From Veleropilina oligotropha (lineage: Eukaryota): a DNA stretch of 64,000 nucleotides. The translations under genes were made by a program, and so were the position numbers. The stretch spans positions 434,001 through 498,000 of the forward strand of contig JBEUKZ010000060.1 in assembly GCA_048128005.1 (NCBI GenBank), in the 5' to 3' direction. The notes beneath the pieces were generated by a model. That model did no database searches, was not told the DNA's origin, and was given only the letters and a program-made list of their open reading frames with translations. This document shows positions 47,247 to 57,959 of the stretch, piece after piece; positions within the stretch are counted from its first letter, which is position 1, and every line of letters begins with the position of its first letter.

Positions 47247-48032
47247 TTTTTAGCTCTGCTTTGACGTAGTTAGCTGAGCTTTACTGATACTGCATTGTCC
47301 GTCGTCCATCCGTCCGTCGTCCGACGTCAAGTTTTGACTTCAAATGTTCATATCTTGAAAACTGTGTGGACACTTTGTATTTACTTTTGCATGAGCCTTA
47401 TCTTGAAAATATTAAGAAATTCTACGTCTCAGTTTTCCGAAATTTACATTTTTGGACTTAGAAAATCCACTTCTGTGACAAGTTTTGACTTCAAATGTGA
47501 ATAACTCAGAAACCGTCGGATAACTTATTTCCTACTTTGGCATGAGCCTTCCTTATAATGTTCTTAACATATCTTGAAATTTTTAGAAAATTCTACTTCG
47601 CTAATTTTCTGAAATTTACATTTTTGGTCTTAGAAAACCCACTTTTGCATCTAGTTTTGACTTCAAATGTGAATAACTCTGAAACTGTCTTATAATTTTT
47701 TTGGTTAATTGGCGTGAGCCTTCCTTATGATGTGTTTAACTTATCCTATGAATATTAGAAAAATGTACATCAGAGTTTTGCTGAAATACGGAATTTGGAC
47801 TTTGTCAACACAGCTAGCCTGCATATCGGTATACTATTACATGGGGAAGTGCTGGTCAAATTTCTAGTTGTTGATTAGACACATTCCTCTGAAAACATGT
47901 TCTATATTTAGAAGCATGTCAGCAGTCGGTGTATATGCCTACTTGATCCATTCGTGCTGCCCAAATTTCTAAAGTTTGACTATATTGATGAACCCTTTCC
48001 AGCGGAGCTAGATAGGTCGAGAGGCCTCTTGT
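47247..48032 (+). repeat. HINE-like element with degenerate internal repeats
   Basis: tttttagctc head, gtccgtcgtcc microsatellite, repeated agttttgacttcaaatg, tail gagaggcctcttgttt. Confidence 0.6.
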
Positions 48033-49252
48033 TTTATAGATGGCTAGTTTATTTGTGCACTCGGTGAGGTATTGGCCAAACCTCATTGACAAGCTACCAC
48101 CCCGACTGTGTTCACGCGTATATCTCCCTATAAGTTCAATTGTCTCCCTTGATTATTTTGAGTTAAAATAATGGTATTACTGATCGTTTCGCTACCTAAC
48201 CTGATCACGACTCTGTAATTTAATTTTCTGCATTTATGACTTATATATTAGGCCTATATATAGTTACAAACATACTTACGTCCTTACTCTTGCCATAATA
48301 GTTATATTATCGCCAAACCGGAAATAGTGAATATGTCCCATAATGCACTCTTAATAAGTCAAAAACGTACACGGTTACCTCCCCTGCTCCTACCCCATCA
48401 CGTTCCTAGCGAGACTTCGCCAAGTCTCGCGAGACTTCTGAACAATAGAAGTCACAAGACCTCAATTCAAAGTTTTCCGCTGCCGCGGAAAGACGTTGTT
48501 TTGCTCCGCAAATATTTCGATATAGGCGCCCGATTTCACGTTAAATCAGGGCGCAGTTTCTGCTTATATAGCAATATAAGTAGTGGAATATAACCCTGTG
48601 TTGTGGATCTAAAACACATGTGAATATAAGAAGAGTGATTCTCAAACTTCGAGGAAGTTCTGGACATCAAAGGAAACCGACATCGTCGTCAAGGACGCCG
48701 TGGCCGTTAAAGATGGCCGCTTAGAGGGAAAGTTTCGAGTGTAGCTGAAATTTCTGGTCGGTATAATTATCTGATATTGTTTGAGACTGCAAACAGGTAA
48801 CTCATTATATTGGATAATTCCTTAACAACGCTATTTGCTGGTTATTTATTATATAAAAAATTTCTAGCGTTGTTAAAAGGCAGGATCTTTTGATATTAAG
48901 CTTGCGTTAATTTTCTGATATCCTGCCGTTGCTGGGATAATACGCCATTGTACTAACATAAAACATCCACGAGGTTTCCAGGTGTTTTTCTGGGCGGTTT
49001 TTTCGAGGAAAGAACCCCCCTTTTGTTTTAGTCAATTTGCCGGGTTACCGGGTCGGTCGGGTAAAATACCCGACCTCGGTGTTCCCAGTTCGGGGTGTTA
49101 TTAACGGTATATCGCTTGATCTCTAATCTTCAGATCAGGACAATTCTGTGAGTTGTCGTAGTACTCCCTCCAAGGAAAGAAGTCTCAACTACCATATATA
49201 TACCTATTTATCTACCCCGTCTACCCACGTCCACCCTCCCGTGTATTTAGCT

Positions 49253-51502
49253 ATGGTCCGGTGCAGCAGCTCCGGGTGTAACCAGAAAATTCACGCATTT
49301 GATAGGCACAAGGAATGTTGTACTCACCGTAGCTGTAGTATACATCATCAATGTGATCTGTGCTTTCTTCTATCAGATAAGCAGTGGGCAACCCTGTCTC
49401 ACCACGGTAAGTCGACCAGGGCGACTGCCACGGTGGGTCCTCCCCCGGAGAAGGGTCAGGAAGAGACCGGTAAGTTACCTAACGTTTCTTCTTTGTCTGC
49501 TTCAGGGACGCTGGACGACAGCCGACACAAGGGGACGTCTGTCGCCGGATCCACCGGCGAAACCTCCGCGACTCTTGGGAGAGTCACCGAAACCTTGCCG
49601 GTACCCAAGATTCAGGTAAAGACCCGAGTGTCGACCGATCCTCCAAAACCGGGCCTAGTAGCTGCAGTCAGCCATACCTTGCCGGCTAGCAAGGTATACA
49701 TGACAGCGCAGCGAACAGCTGTACAGGGCAGACCATCCCCATCCTTTTCTTCGGCCTCGAAGAATAAGGGGACAGTTAGTCCTTCTGCGGTACACTCTCC
49801 GTCTAGCGACGGTGAAAGAACCAATGCAGAGAAAGCCTTTAAAGAGGCCGAGCACCTACTTGTAGGTCGAAGACTCGGACAATCGGCGAAACCTGAATCC
49901 TCGCTCGAGACCGACGCGACTTCCCCTAGGGGTTTTCCGCTCAACCTCGAGGCTCACGAGACGTTCAGAGGGCCCGGTCTCTCCCGTGCACCCTACGTGG
50001 TCACGCTAGAGGACGTGGACAGACCGGCTGCGTTCGGGACGGGGTTCTACGGCGGTTTTCCGTCCGTGCCTCGCTCGAACAGAGTGGTAGACCGATCAGA
50101 ACTGTTGCCGCAGTCCTATCGGTCGTCCGGCCCACTGACTGCGCCTCCGGGCCAGTCGTTCGGGTTCGACCCCTCGACAAGTGCCCGTGGACCCTGGTCC
50201 TCGGTACCACCTGTCCGTGCAGCCCGTCTACCTAGCGCCACGGTTACCTCGACAGAACTACCGGCTGTTAGTTCGTCGCCCGTCCTGCCTCCGGGTTTCT
50301 CTTTTGAGAACGTCCAGGCATGGATCGCGGCGGGGATCGAGGAACGGTGTAAGGCCTGGCCGACGGCTCCCGAGCCGCACCTGGTACCTACACTTCTGCC
50401 CATGGCGCAGAGCACGGCTCCTGCCTCAGTGATAGACATCGACCCTCGTTCCAACGAGGATCTCTGTTCAAATCACACCTCCCTCCCTGAATCGGTCGGG
50501 CCCGAAGACATTAGTCTTACAGGCACGCAGGAGCCGACCTCCTCCACCCGCCGAAGGCTCGACGCCGTTGCGTCACTTCGCGGGGTGCTTGGCTTGTCGG
50601 AACCGACTCGGTCGGCTGTAGACGTAGCCAAGCATAGGACGGCAGCACATCGGTTTGTTGCGAGGGAAGCCCCCGAGCTCCCCTCCTTACCTCAGTCCGG
50701 GCTGGTGGATCTTGTTGTAGACTCGATCACCAGGCTCGTTCAGGGGCACAATCCGGTGGAGTCCTCCCCGCTGAACGAGTTCCCTTCGGGGTTCCGTAGT
50801 GGGAGGTACCTCCGGGCCAGTACTCGAGCGATCACGTTCGAATGCACTGGCCCGTGCCTGGCGACTGAGCCGGCTCGTGTTGACGCTTCGTTGCGTCGAC
50901 TGACCGCCAGTCACACTCCCTCCGTAGCGAAAGTTCCTTGGTCCGCCTTGGAAGCTTTCGAGAGCTCCGCCCGACGGGCTCTGCGGCTATCGTCCGTTCA
51001 GGATTTTTTCCTAGACGGGGCGATAGCCGTATTACAGGAGAATGGACCCGGCGCCACCGAGGCTGCCCTGTCCTTCCTCCAGGAGGTTGCTGCCGCGCAG
51101 GAGACCAGCGCGTTGGAGACGGGACGTGTCCTGGGCAATGCCCTCCTACTTCGTAGGGATGCTTGCCTGGAAGGTACCTCGCTGGACGAGCCCACCCGGC
51201 GCTCGTTGCGATGCGTACCTTGCTCGGCCACCACTCTCTTTGGTGACAACTTCACGGAGTTTGTTGACAAGAGAGCGGCGGACATGAAGGACCGTGCCAT
51301 CGAGAAGGCAGTACTGCTCCCCACCCGGGGTCCACCTGCCAACTCGAAGAAGCGCTCCGGGCCCACCCCGGCCCCGAAGCCTTCTAAGCGTGCGAAGCCC
51401 TCTTCGGGTGGTAGGCCTCCGGCCAATAAACCCACTCCAAAGAGGCAAGCACCTCCAGCGAAATCCCGCAAGCAGAGCGGGAGAGGGAAGCCTCGGCCCT
51501 AG
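49253..51502 (+). CDS. DIRS gag-like ORF1 (family B)
   Basis: ATG at 49253 in the same tagctATG context as family A; Cys/His finger; homologous C-terminal half. Confidence 0.9.
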   Translation: MVRCSSSGCNQKIHAFDRHKECCTHRSCSIHHQCDLCFLLSDKQWATLSHHGKSTRATATVGPPPEKGQEETGKLPNVSSLSASGTLDDSRHKGTSVAGSTGETSATLGRVTETLPVPKIQVKTRVSTDPPKPGLVAAVSHTLPASKVYMTAQRTAVQGRPSPSFSSASKNKGTVSPSAVHSPSSDGERTNAEKAFKEAEHLLVGRRLGQSAKPESSLETDATSPRGFPLNLEAHETFRGPGLSRAPYVVTLEDVDRPAAFGTGFYGGFPSVPRSNRVVDRSELLPQSYRSSGPLTAPPGQSFGFDPSTSARGPWSSVPPVRAARLPSATVTSTELPAVSSSPVLPPGFSFENVQAWIAAGIEERCKAWPTAPEPHLVPTLLPMAQSTAPASVIDIDPRSNEDLCSNHTSLPESVGPEDISLTGTQEPTSSTRRRLDAVASLRGVLGLSEPTRSAVDVAKHRTAAHRFVAREAPELPSLPQSGLVDLVVDSITRLVQGHNPVESSPLNEFPSGFRSGRYLRASTRAITFECTGPCLATEPARVDASLRRLTASHTPSVAKVPWSALEAFESSARRALRLSSVQDFFLDGAIAVLQENGPGATEAALSFLQEVAAAQETSALETGRVLGNALLLRRDACLEGTSLDEPTRRSLRCVPCSATTLFGDNFTEFVDKRAADMKDRAIEKAVLLPTRGPPANSKKRSGPTPAPKPSKRAKPSSGGRPPANKPTPKRQAPPAKSRKQSGRGKPRP

Positions 51503-53576
51503 GGCTGCCGGCATTCGCGACGGCCCCAGTTGCCCGCTCCCGCCGGTGGGAGCGTGCCTGTTAGCACACAGCCAGCCCTGGCTAGAGCTGACAGACAGCA
51601 ACTGGGTCCACTTAGTCGTGAGTGCCGGATACAAGTTGGCATTCAACCGGCATCCGACCTTAACCGAGGCACCACCAACAAGACACGCTCGCCTCCTAAA
51701 CGGAGAGAAACAAGCGGTCTTAGACCAGGCAGTGCGGGATTTGCTCCTAAAAAGAGCGATATATCCCGCGCCGCCCAGCACACCAGGATTTTACAGCCAT
51801 TTCTTCCTGGTCCCGAAACCCGATGGCCGCTGGAGACCGATCCTCGATCTCTCGTACCTAAACCTATATCTTCGTACCGAGAAATTCCAGCAAGAAACCC
51901 TCTCGAAGATTCGAGCGGCCATCCGTCCGGGCGACTGGGCAGCGTCTATCGATCTCGCCGACGCGTATCTGCATGTCCCGATGCATATCACGGCTCATCA
52001 GTACCTTCGGTTTATACACGGGGAGACGATCTACCAATTCAGGTGCCTACCGTTCGGTCTATCGTCAGCCCCGTACGTCTTCACGAGAACAGTACAGGCC
52101 CTGGGGGCCTTCCTACACTCTCTAGGGCACAGGGTACATATGTACCTCGACGACTGGCTGATCCTCGGGGCGTCCCGAGATCTGTGCCTCCGGTCTACGA
52201 GCTTTACCCTGTCATCGACGAAGCGCCTGGGATTTCAGATCAACGAGACAAAATCCTGCTTCGTGCCCTCGACGACGTTTACGTTCCTCGGAGTCGACTT
52301 CGATACGGTCCGGTACACCGCGAAGCCGACCCAGAAGCGTATGCGGAACCTACGCGCGGTTATCCAAGACACCCTGTCATCGGACATAACTACGGCGCGA
52401 CAACTGGCCACTGTCCTGGGGCACATCGAGTCGGTAGCGCCCCTGCTACCGACGGGTCGCATGGACAAAAGACCGTTACAACAGGCTTTCAGGGATCGCT
52501 GGATACAACGGACGGGGCAGTGGACGGATCGCATCGATCTACGGCATTGGTTTACCGACACGACAGCAGTGTGGTTGAACCCCGCTTTGCCGGACCAGTC
52601 GGTTCCTATATCCCCACCAGAGCCGAACGCTTACCTGTTCACAGACGCTTCGAACGACGGCTGGGGTGGTCACCTCGACAGTTACGAGACATCAGGCCTA
52701 TGGCCGACAGACCTTCAGGGACGACATATCAACTTCCTAGAGTTAGAAGCCGTCTACCTGTCAGTACGGTCCCTCTCGTCACATCTCCGCAACAAGCATA
52801 TAATGCTCGCCACGGACAACACGACTGTCGTCGCTTACATACAGCACCAGGGCGGCACTCGCTCGCGTCCCCTATGCGACCGAGCAATAGACCTACACCG
52901 CTTAGTGATGTCCCTCAACTCGACGATTCGAGCCCGACACATCCCGGGAAAGCTGAATGTCAGAGCGGATTCGCTCTCTCGGAGATCACAGATTATACAC
53001 ACAGAGTGGACGCTACACAGCCGAGTAGCTCGGGACGTTTGTCGCCGGTGGTCACAACCCCAAGTCGACTTGTTTGCAACAGAATTCAATTACCGACTAC
53101 CTCTGTATGTCTCCCCGTACCCAGACCCGGCCGCCCTAGCGGTCGACGCAATGTCAATGACATGGGAGAATCTGTCCGCGTATGCCTTCCCCCCGACGTG
53201 CATTCTATCACTGGTATTACAGAAGGCAGCGACCGAACGTTGCGAGATAACGCTAATAGCGCCCCTGTATCGCACGCAACCTTGGTTTCCGACCCTCCTC
53301 GATCTGATCGTCGATCGACCGTTAGCGTTACCGCAGAAACTAGACCTGTTAATGCAACCACGCACCCGTGTACTCCACGAGTCGCCGAACCACTTACGTT
53401 TACACGCCTGGCGGTTATCGAACGATCCCTTGCTAAGAAAGGATTTTCTAAAGCTACAGCCTTACGTATCTATCGATCGAGAAGGATTTCCACTACAAAA
53501 GTCTATGACTACCGATGGGTTAAGTACGTGGATTGGTGTCACAGCAGGCAGATCAATATACTCCGTCCCCCTGTGA
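51294..53576 (+). CDS. DIRS pol RT/RNase H/methyltransferase-like (family B); no in-frame ATG upstream of the RT core
   Basis: YLDD, FTDAS, VDLFA and YAFPP motifs. Confidence 0.95.
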   Translation: MPSRRQYCSPPGVHLPTRRSAPGPPRPRSLLSVRSPLRVVGLRPINPLQRGKHLQRNPASRAGEGSLGPRAAGIRDGPSCPLPPVGACLLAHSQPWLELTDSNWVHLVVSAGYKLAFNRHPTLTEAPPTRHARLLNGEKQAVLDQAVRDLLLKRAIYPAPPSTPGFYSHFFLVPKPDGRWRPILDLSYLNLYLRTEKFQQETLSKIRAAIRPGDWAASIDLADAYLHVPMHITAHQYLRFIHGETIYQFRCLPFGLSSAPYVFTRTVQALGAFLHSLGHRVHMYLDDWLILGASRDLCLRSTSFTLSSTKRLGFQINETKSCFVPSTTFTFLGVDFDTVRYTAKPTQKRMRNLRAVIQDTLSSDITTARQLATVLGHIESVAPLLPTGRMDKRPLQQAFRDRWIQRTGQWTDRIDLRHWFTDTTAVWLNPALPDQSVPISPPEPNAYLFTDASNDGWGGHLDSYETSGLWPTDLQGRHINFLELEAVYLSVRSLSSHLRNKHIMLATDNTTVVAYIQHQGGTRSRPLCDRAIDLHRLVMSLNSTIRARHIPGKLNVRADSLSRRSQIIHTEWTLHSRVARDVCRRWSQPQVDLFATEFNYRLPLYVSPYPDPAALAVDAMSMTWENLSAYAFPPTCILSLVLQKAATERCEITLIAPLYRTQPWFPTLLDLIVDRPLALPQKLDLLMQPRTRVLHESPNHLRLHAWRLSNDPLLRKDFLKLQPYVSIDREGFPLQKSMTTDGLSTWIGVTAGRSIYSVPL

Positions 53577-54487
53577 ACAAGTTTATCGAGTTTTTATCGT
53601 CGCTCTTCGACCGCGGTATGTCAGTGTCCGCCGTCAAAGGCTATCGGGCAACGATCGCGACCACGCTAAAGCAGTGTCGTGCCCATGCTGGCCTATCAAG
53701 CGACCGAACGATATCAGATTTTATCCGATCTTACGAACTCGAGATACCGACCCGAAGAATTAAGCCACCTGCCTGGAATATCGTACTTATTCTTAACGCA
53801 TTACTCTTACCCCCGTATGAGCCGATGTCCGAGATAACCATGAGGAACTTGACGCACAAAACAGTTTTTCTGATCGCCTTAGCGTCGGGCAGGCGTTGTT
53901 CCGAGATTCATGCTTTCTCCTCCGAGCTAAGAGACATACGATTCCAGTCAGACGGGTCGGTGATACTGCGTCCCATTCTGGGCTTCTTAGCCAAGAACCA
54001 GCGGCCGAACGAGGACGCACCCGATGTTGTTATTCCCAAGCTAACGCTAGTCGGAAGGCGCGACGCAGACCGCTTCAATTGCCCGGTCCGGGCGCTTCGG
54101 TTCTACCTAGACAGAACCCGTGAGTTGCGACAGGGAAAATTACGTTTATTCATATCGTATTTGCCCACCTACACCCGCGACATTACGAGGACTACTGTTT
54201 CGCGGTGGATTTCACAGACAGTGAGAGATGTATGCATCCGCTGTGACAACGAAGACCGAACTATTTTATCGGTCCGCGCACATGAGGTCCGGGCTATTGC
54301 AGCGTCTGTAGCCTTCCGACATAATTTAAATATCAATGCGTTACTACAGGCCGGATATTGGAAAAACGCTAACGTGTTTGTAAAACATTATCTGCGCGAC
54401 TACTCAACAGGGGCTGATGGCCTGAGCAGTTTACACTGTGTTGCTGCACAAAGGGTTATTGTTAGACCGAGGTCTTCTAATCAGTAA
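51530..54487 (+). CDS. DIRS tyrosine recombinase ORF (family B)
   Basis: ASGRRCSEI, AKN, HEVR and W..ANVFVKHY motifs. Confidence 0.93.
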   Translation: MPAPAGGSVPVSTQPALARADRQQLGPLSRECRIQVGIQPASDLNRGTTNKTRSPPKRRETSGLRPGSAGFAPKKSDISRAAQHTRILQPFLPGPETRWPLETDPRSLVPKPISSYREIPARNPLEDSSGHPSGRLGSVYRSRRRVSACPDAYHGSSVPSVYTRGDDLPIQVPTVRSIVSPVRLHENSTGPGGLPTLSRAQGTYVPRRLADPRGVPRSVPPVYELYPVIDEAPGISDQRDKILLRALDDVYVPRSRLRYGPVHREADPEAYAEPTRGYPRHPVIGHNYGATTGHCPGAHRVGSAPATDGSHGQKTVTTGFQGSLDTTDGAVDGSHRSTALVYRHDSSVVEPRFAGPVGSYIPTRAERLPVHRRFERRLGWSPRQLRDIRPMADRPSGTTYQLPRVRSRLPVSTVPLVTSPQQAYNARHGQHDCRRLHTAPGRHSLASPMRPSNRPTPLSDVPQLDDSSPTHPGKAECQSGFALSEITDYTHRVDATQPSSSGRLSPVVTTPSRLVCNRIQLPTTSVCLPVPRPGRPSGRRNVNDMGESVRVCLPPDVHSITGITEGSDRTLRDNANSAPVSHATLVSDPPRSDRRSTVSVTAETRPVNATTHPCTPRVAEPLTFTRLAVIERSLAKKGFSKATALRIYRSRRISTTKVYDYRWVKYVDWCHSRQINILRPPVNKFIEFLSSLFDRGMSVSAVKGYRATIATTLKQCRAHAGLSSDRTISDFIRSYELEIPTRRIKPPAWNIVLILNALLLPPYEPMSEITMRNLTHKTVFLIALASGRRCSEIHAFSSELRDIRFQSDGSVILRPILGFLAKNQRPNEDAPDVVIPKLTLVGRRDADRFNCPVRALRFYLDRTRELRQGKLRLFISYLPTYTRDITRTTVSRWISQTVRDVCIRCDNEDRTILSVRAHEVRAIAASVAFRHNLNINALLQAGYWKNANVFVKHYLRDYSTGADGLSSLHCVAAQRVIVRPRSSNQ

Positions 54488-56351
54488 GTATTGTTCTCTG
54501 ATTGATCATTTGCATATTTACTGACGCCATTTTATTTTCGTTGGCCAAACGGTGCTATGTAATTAACACCTATGGGGCAGTTCAATGTCTGTTCATTTCT
54601 TAAATCTAATTTAAGATTTTGTACTTCTCATGTCAGACCTGGGTGTTGACATAAGCCAGATCACATTGAATTTAATAAAACAACTTTTATAATTTTGCAC
54701 AAATCTTAAAAAGAGAGGTTCAATATTATTATGTTCTTTGCTGTAATCGAACATACGATGTTCAATACATTGAAAAATTTTTGAATCCTTAAACATTATT
54801 TTTGAGTAACATGTCGAACTTGTTTGCTTCCTTAAAATTTATTTTAAGTGACATGTCGTCCATGTTAGCGTTCGCAAGTTGGTCATGCGAATTACTTATT
54901 AATATCGATTATTTATAATAATCTATTAATTCTTTGCTTTTGATTTAAAGCTTTCACAACCTGTTAGGTTCCGTGTGCTTACAAATCCGACTGCATCCTC
55001 TGGTTACCGGCCTATAGGCCCGGAGTCCCATTTGGCTGCCACTGGTCCATGACACGTAAGACCTACAGGGATTTATCCTTCCGGCCGTGCCTGGGGCTGA
55101 TTGCACTTCCGTTCACCTCGTCCGACTAATACCACGGCGTATTCTCCCGGTAACACTGGTCGAAATTCTCGCTTGGTAAGAGTAGAATATAATACTCAGT
55201 AAAAATTCCACTCTAGGCGGACACAATCGACGCTTCATGCTGATTGAATTGGTGACAAGTAAGTCATTATCTTGTTTGGGTTTGTTGTAAGGAACGTCTT
55301 ACCCACCTATCCAAGGTTATTCTGGCAAGAGTAAGGACGTAAGTATGTTTGTAACTATATATGAGGTTTTAATGTAAACCTAATATTAGTATAAAACATA
55401 CTTACGTCCTTACACGATTACCCACCCTGCGTTTCGCATTCCTCCCCTCTACTACGTTCCTTTGGGGTTTTTGAACTTTGAATTGAGGTCTTGTGACTTC
55501 TATTGTTCAGAAGTCTCGCGAGACTTGGCGAAGTCTCGCTAGGAACGTGATGGGGTAGGAGCAGGGGAGGTAACCGTGTAAGTTTTTGACTTATTAAGAG
55601 TGCATTATGGGACATATTCACTATTTCCGGTTTGGCGATAATATAACTATTATGGCAAGAGTAAGGACGTAAGTATGTTTTATACTAATATTAGGTTTAC
55701 ATTAAAACCTCATATTTTAATGTAACCCCCAAAACGGTATACCGGCTTTCAGGTTATATGAACGATGTAAATAAGGCATTATACTGGCTTGCTGGGTTTA
55801 TAGGGTTACCGACTACTCTAAGAACTGAAATAAAGTTGTAAGCCTCAAGGCTTCTCTGATGGTGAAATGCGTTATTTCCTAGATGAAGCAGACATAGATT
55901 ATAGTGTTGATTAATTAGGCTGATTGTTTGTGATTAATCAGTTATGATAATGCGAGGGTTCCTGTCAGCTATAGGCCACTCCATGTGCTGGCTGTGAAGC
56001 CATGGTCTTGACTGCTGTGTGTAACAGGAGTGCTTTCGAACCGCGGTTGGGACAATGGCATTCTTCATTCGGTACCATTCAGGGTTGTCGATAACAGGCT
56101 AGACTGGATATGATTTCGTGGGCAACCAGGTTTCATTCCAGGATAATATATATACATGTCCCGGTATGATCCTGACGGGTTATTATAAAACAGGACATTA
56201 AGCATCAATCCAAGACAAACCTGTCAACTCGAGGTGCTGGCGGTTGTTTTAAAAAAAAAACGTGGACATACAATAGTAAAATAATAAGTGTTTGAATAAT
56301 ATTCGTTAATCATGTGAATACATAAGTGATACCATACTAGTTTCTTTTCAG

Positions 56352-56476
56352 ATAAATTTTAAAGCTTATCTTCGGACCATGTTTGGTAAAGAAATCCCTG
56401 ACAGCGAAGAAATCTTGGTGACCACACCAGACTACTTCTCAATGTTGGACAATGTTTTAAAGAACACAAGCTCAGA
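56352..56476 (+). CDS. M13 metallopeptidase exon (INFKAYL...EEILVTTPDYF...TSS)
   Basis: cag/gtaatt boundaries; phase 0 to 2 fits its neighbours; ExIxVxxPxY motif. Confidence 0.9.
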
Positions 56477-56719
56477 GTAATTCTTGATTGTTCAACATGC
56501 TATAACTATTCTATGTTCCCAGAGACAATAGTCAGGGATGCTCTATGGTTCAGTCATTGTTTTGCCTTGCCGTGTTCGCCACAAAGATTTCTTTTGTGCG
56601 CTTCATATAGTCACAAGTTATAATCCGATTTGATTCAAATTTGATATGCTCATAAGTTGTAATGGTGGCCATTTTGTTTGAAGATATTTCTTGTTGCTTC
56701 ATTGTAATGGATTATAATT

Positions 56720-57600
56720 ATCCCCCGCAAAAAATTTTGTGGGGGTATTAAAATGCAGACCGTCCGTGCAAATTATCTTTTCCGGAGCATATCTTTATAC
56801 CACTCGACATAACTTTTCAAAACTTCCTGGGTGTATTAAGTACTCTGTGAACTGGTGCCTTTTGCTAGTCGTGTAGCTATTATTAACAGAGTTATTTCCC
56901 TTGTTTTAAATTCGTTAATGTTTTCTTTAACGGAGCATAGCTTGTACACAGCTTGACATCACTTTACAAAACTTGCTGGATGTATTCAGTAGTCGGTAAA
57001 CTGTTGCCTTTTGCTAATTTCGACGTTGTGCTGCGATCATTAACAGAGTTATTTCCCTTGTTCTAAATTCATTAAAATGTTCTCTTTTCCGGAGCATAGC
57101 TCATACACCGCTCGTCATAACTTTACGAAAATTGCTGGGTATATTAAGTACTGTAGTCGGTGAACTGGTGCCTTTTGCTAGTTTTGACGTTGTGTGGTGA
57201 TCATAAACAGAGATATTGCCCTTGTTGTTAATTTGTTACTGTTCTCCTTTCCGCTCGGCATAACTTTACACAATTTGGTGGGTGTATTAAGCAGTTTTTG
57301 AACTGGTGCCTTTCGTTAATTTCGACGTACGTCAAATATTCACAGAGTTATTGCCCTTGCTTTAATTTTATTATTCCTGACTATATCTCATACAATGCTT
57401 GACTTATCATTACGAAACTTGGTGGGTGTATTCAGTAGTTGTTTAACTGGTGCCTTTTCATAATTTTAACGTGGCGTCATGATTAATGACAGAGTTATTG
57501 CCCTTGTTATTATTTAAATAAACGATATTGTTTCAAGAACGTACAGCATATAGTTATTATTGTGAATGTACCATTGCAGGGGATATTGATGGCTTTGTCT
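56720..57600 (+). repeat. HINE-like element with degenerate ~120-bp tandem units
   Basis: Recurring gaactggtgcctttt and acagagttatt.cccttg blocks. Confidence 0.7.
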
Positions 57601-57736
57601 TCTTGTTATCATTCAGATTATGAGTGATTTTAGAGTTACAACGAATGAATTTTGTTGGTAGTTTGTCTTTTCTTCATTTTTATATCATTGTAAAGTATAC
57701 GCTATTAGAATTAATGCACGGATTTTGTCATTTTAG

Positions 57737-57959
57737 GACACTGGCAAATGCGCTAGTTTGGTGCGCTTTACAATCCGTTGGTGGCTACCTCCCGAAGTCG
57801 TTCATTGAGTCGGCGATGATTCTCAATAAAGTTGAGAGTGGGGTAGACGTAATCAGCCCACGGTGGGAACGTTGCCTGAGTAAGGTGGACAATGCGTACT
57901 CTTTCGTGACTGGCGCAATGTACGTGCAGAAGATGTTTCCAGAAGAAAAGAAGAAAGAG
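57737..57959 (+). CDS. M13 metallopeptidase exon (TLANALVW...PRWERC...GAMYVQKMF)
   Basis: PRWxxC and GAxYV motifs; tag/gtaagc boundaries. Confidence 0.95.

Larger units (their letters stand above)
48256..55715 (+). mobile_element. DIRS1-type retrotransposon, diverged family B (apparently intact)
   Basis: ITRs ~48256-48474 and ~55474-55715; ICR ~55323-55413; three open ORFs; ATAT at both ends. Confidence 0.97.
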
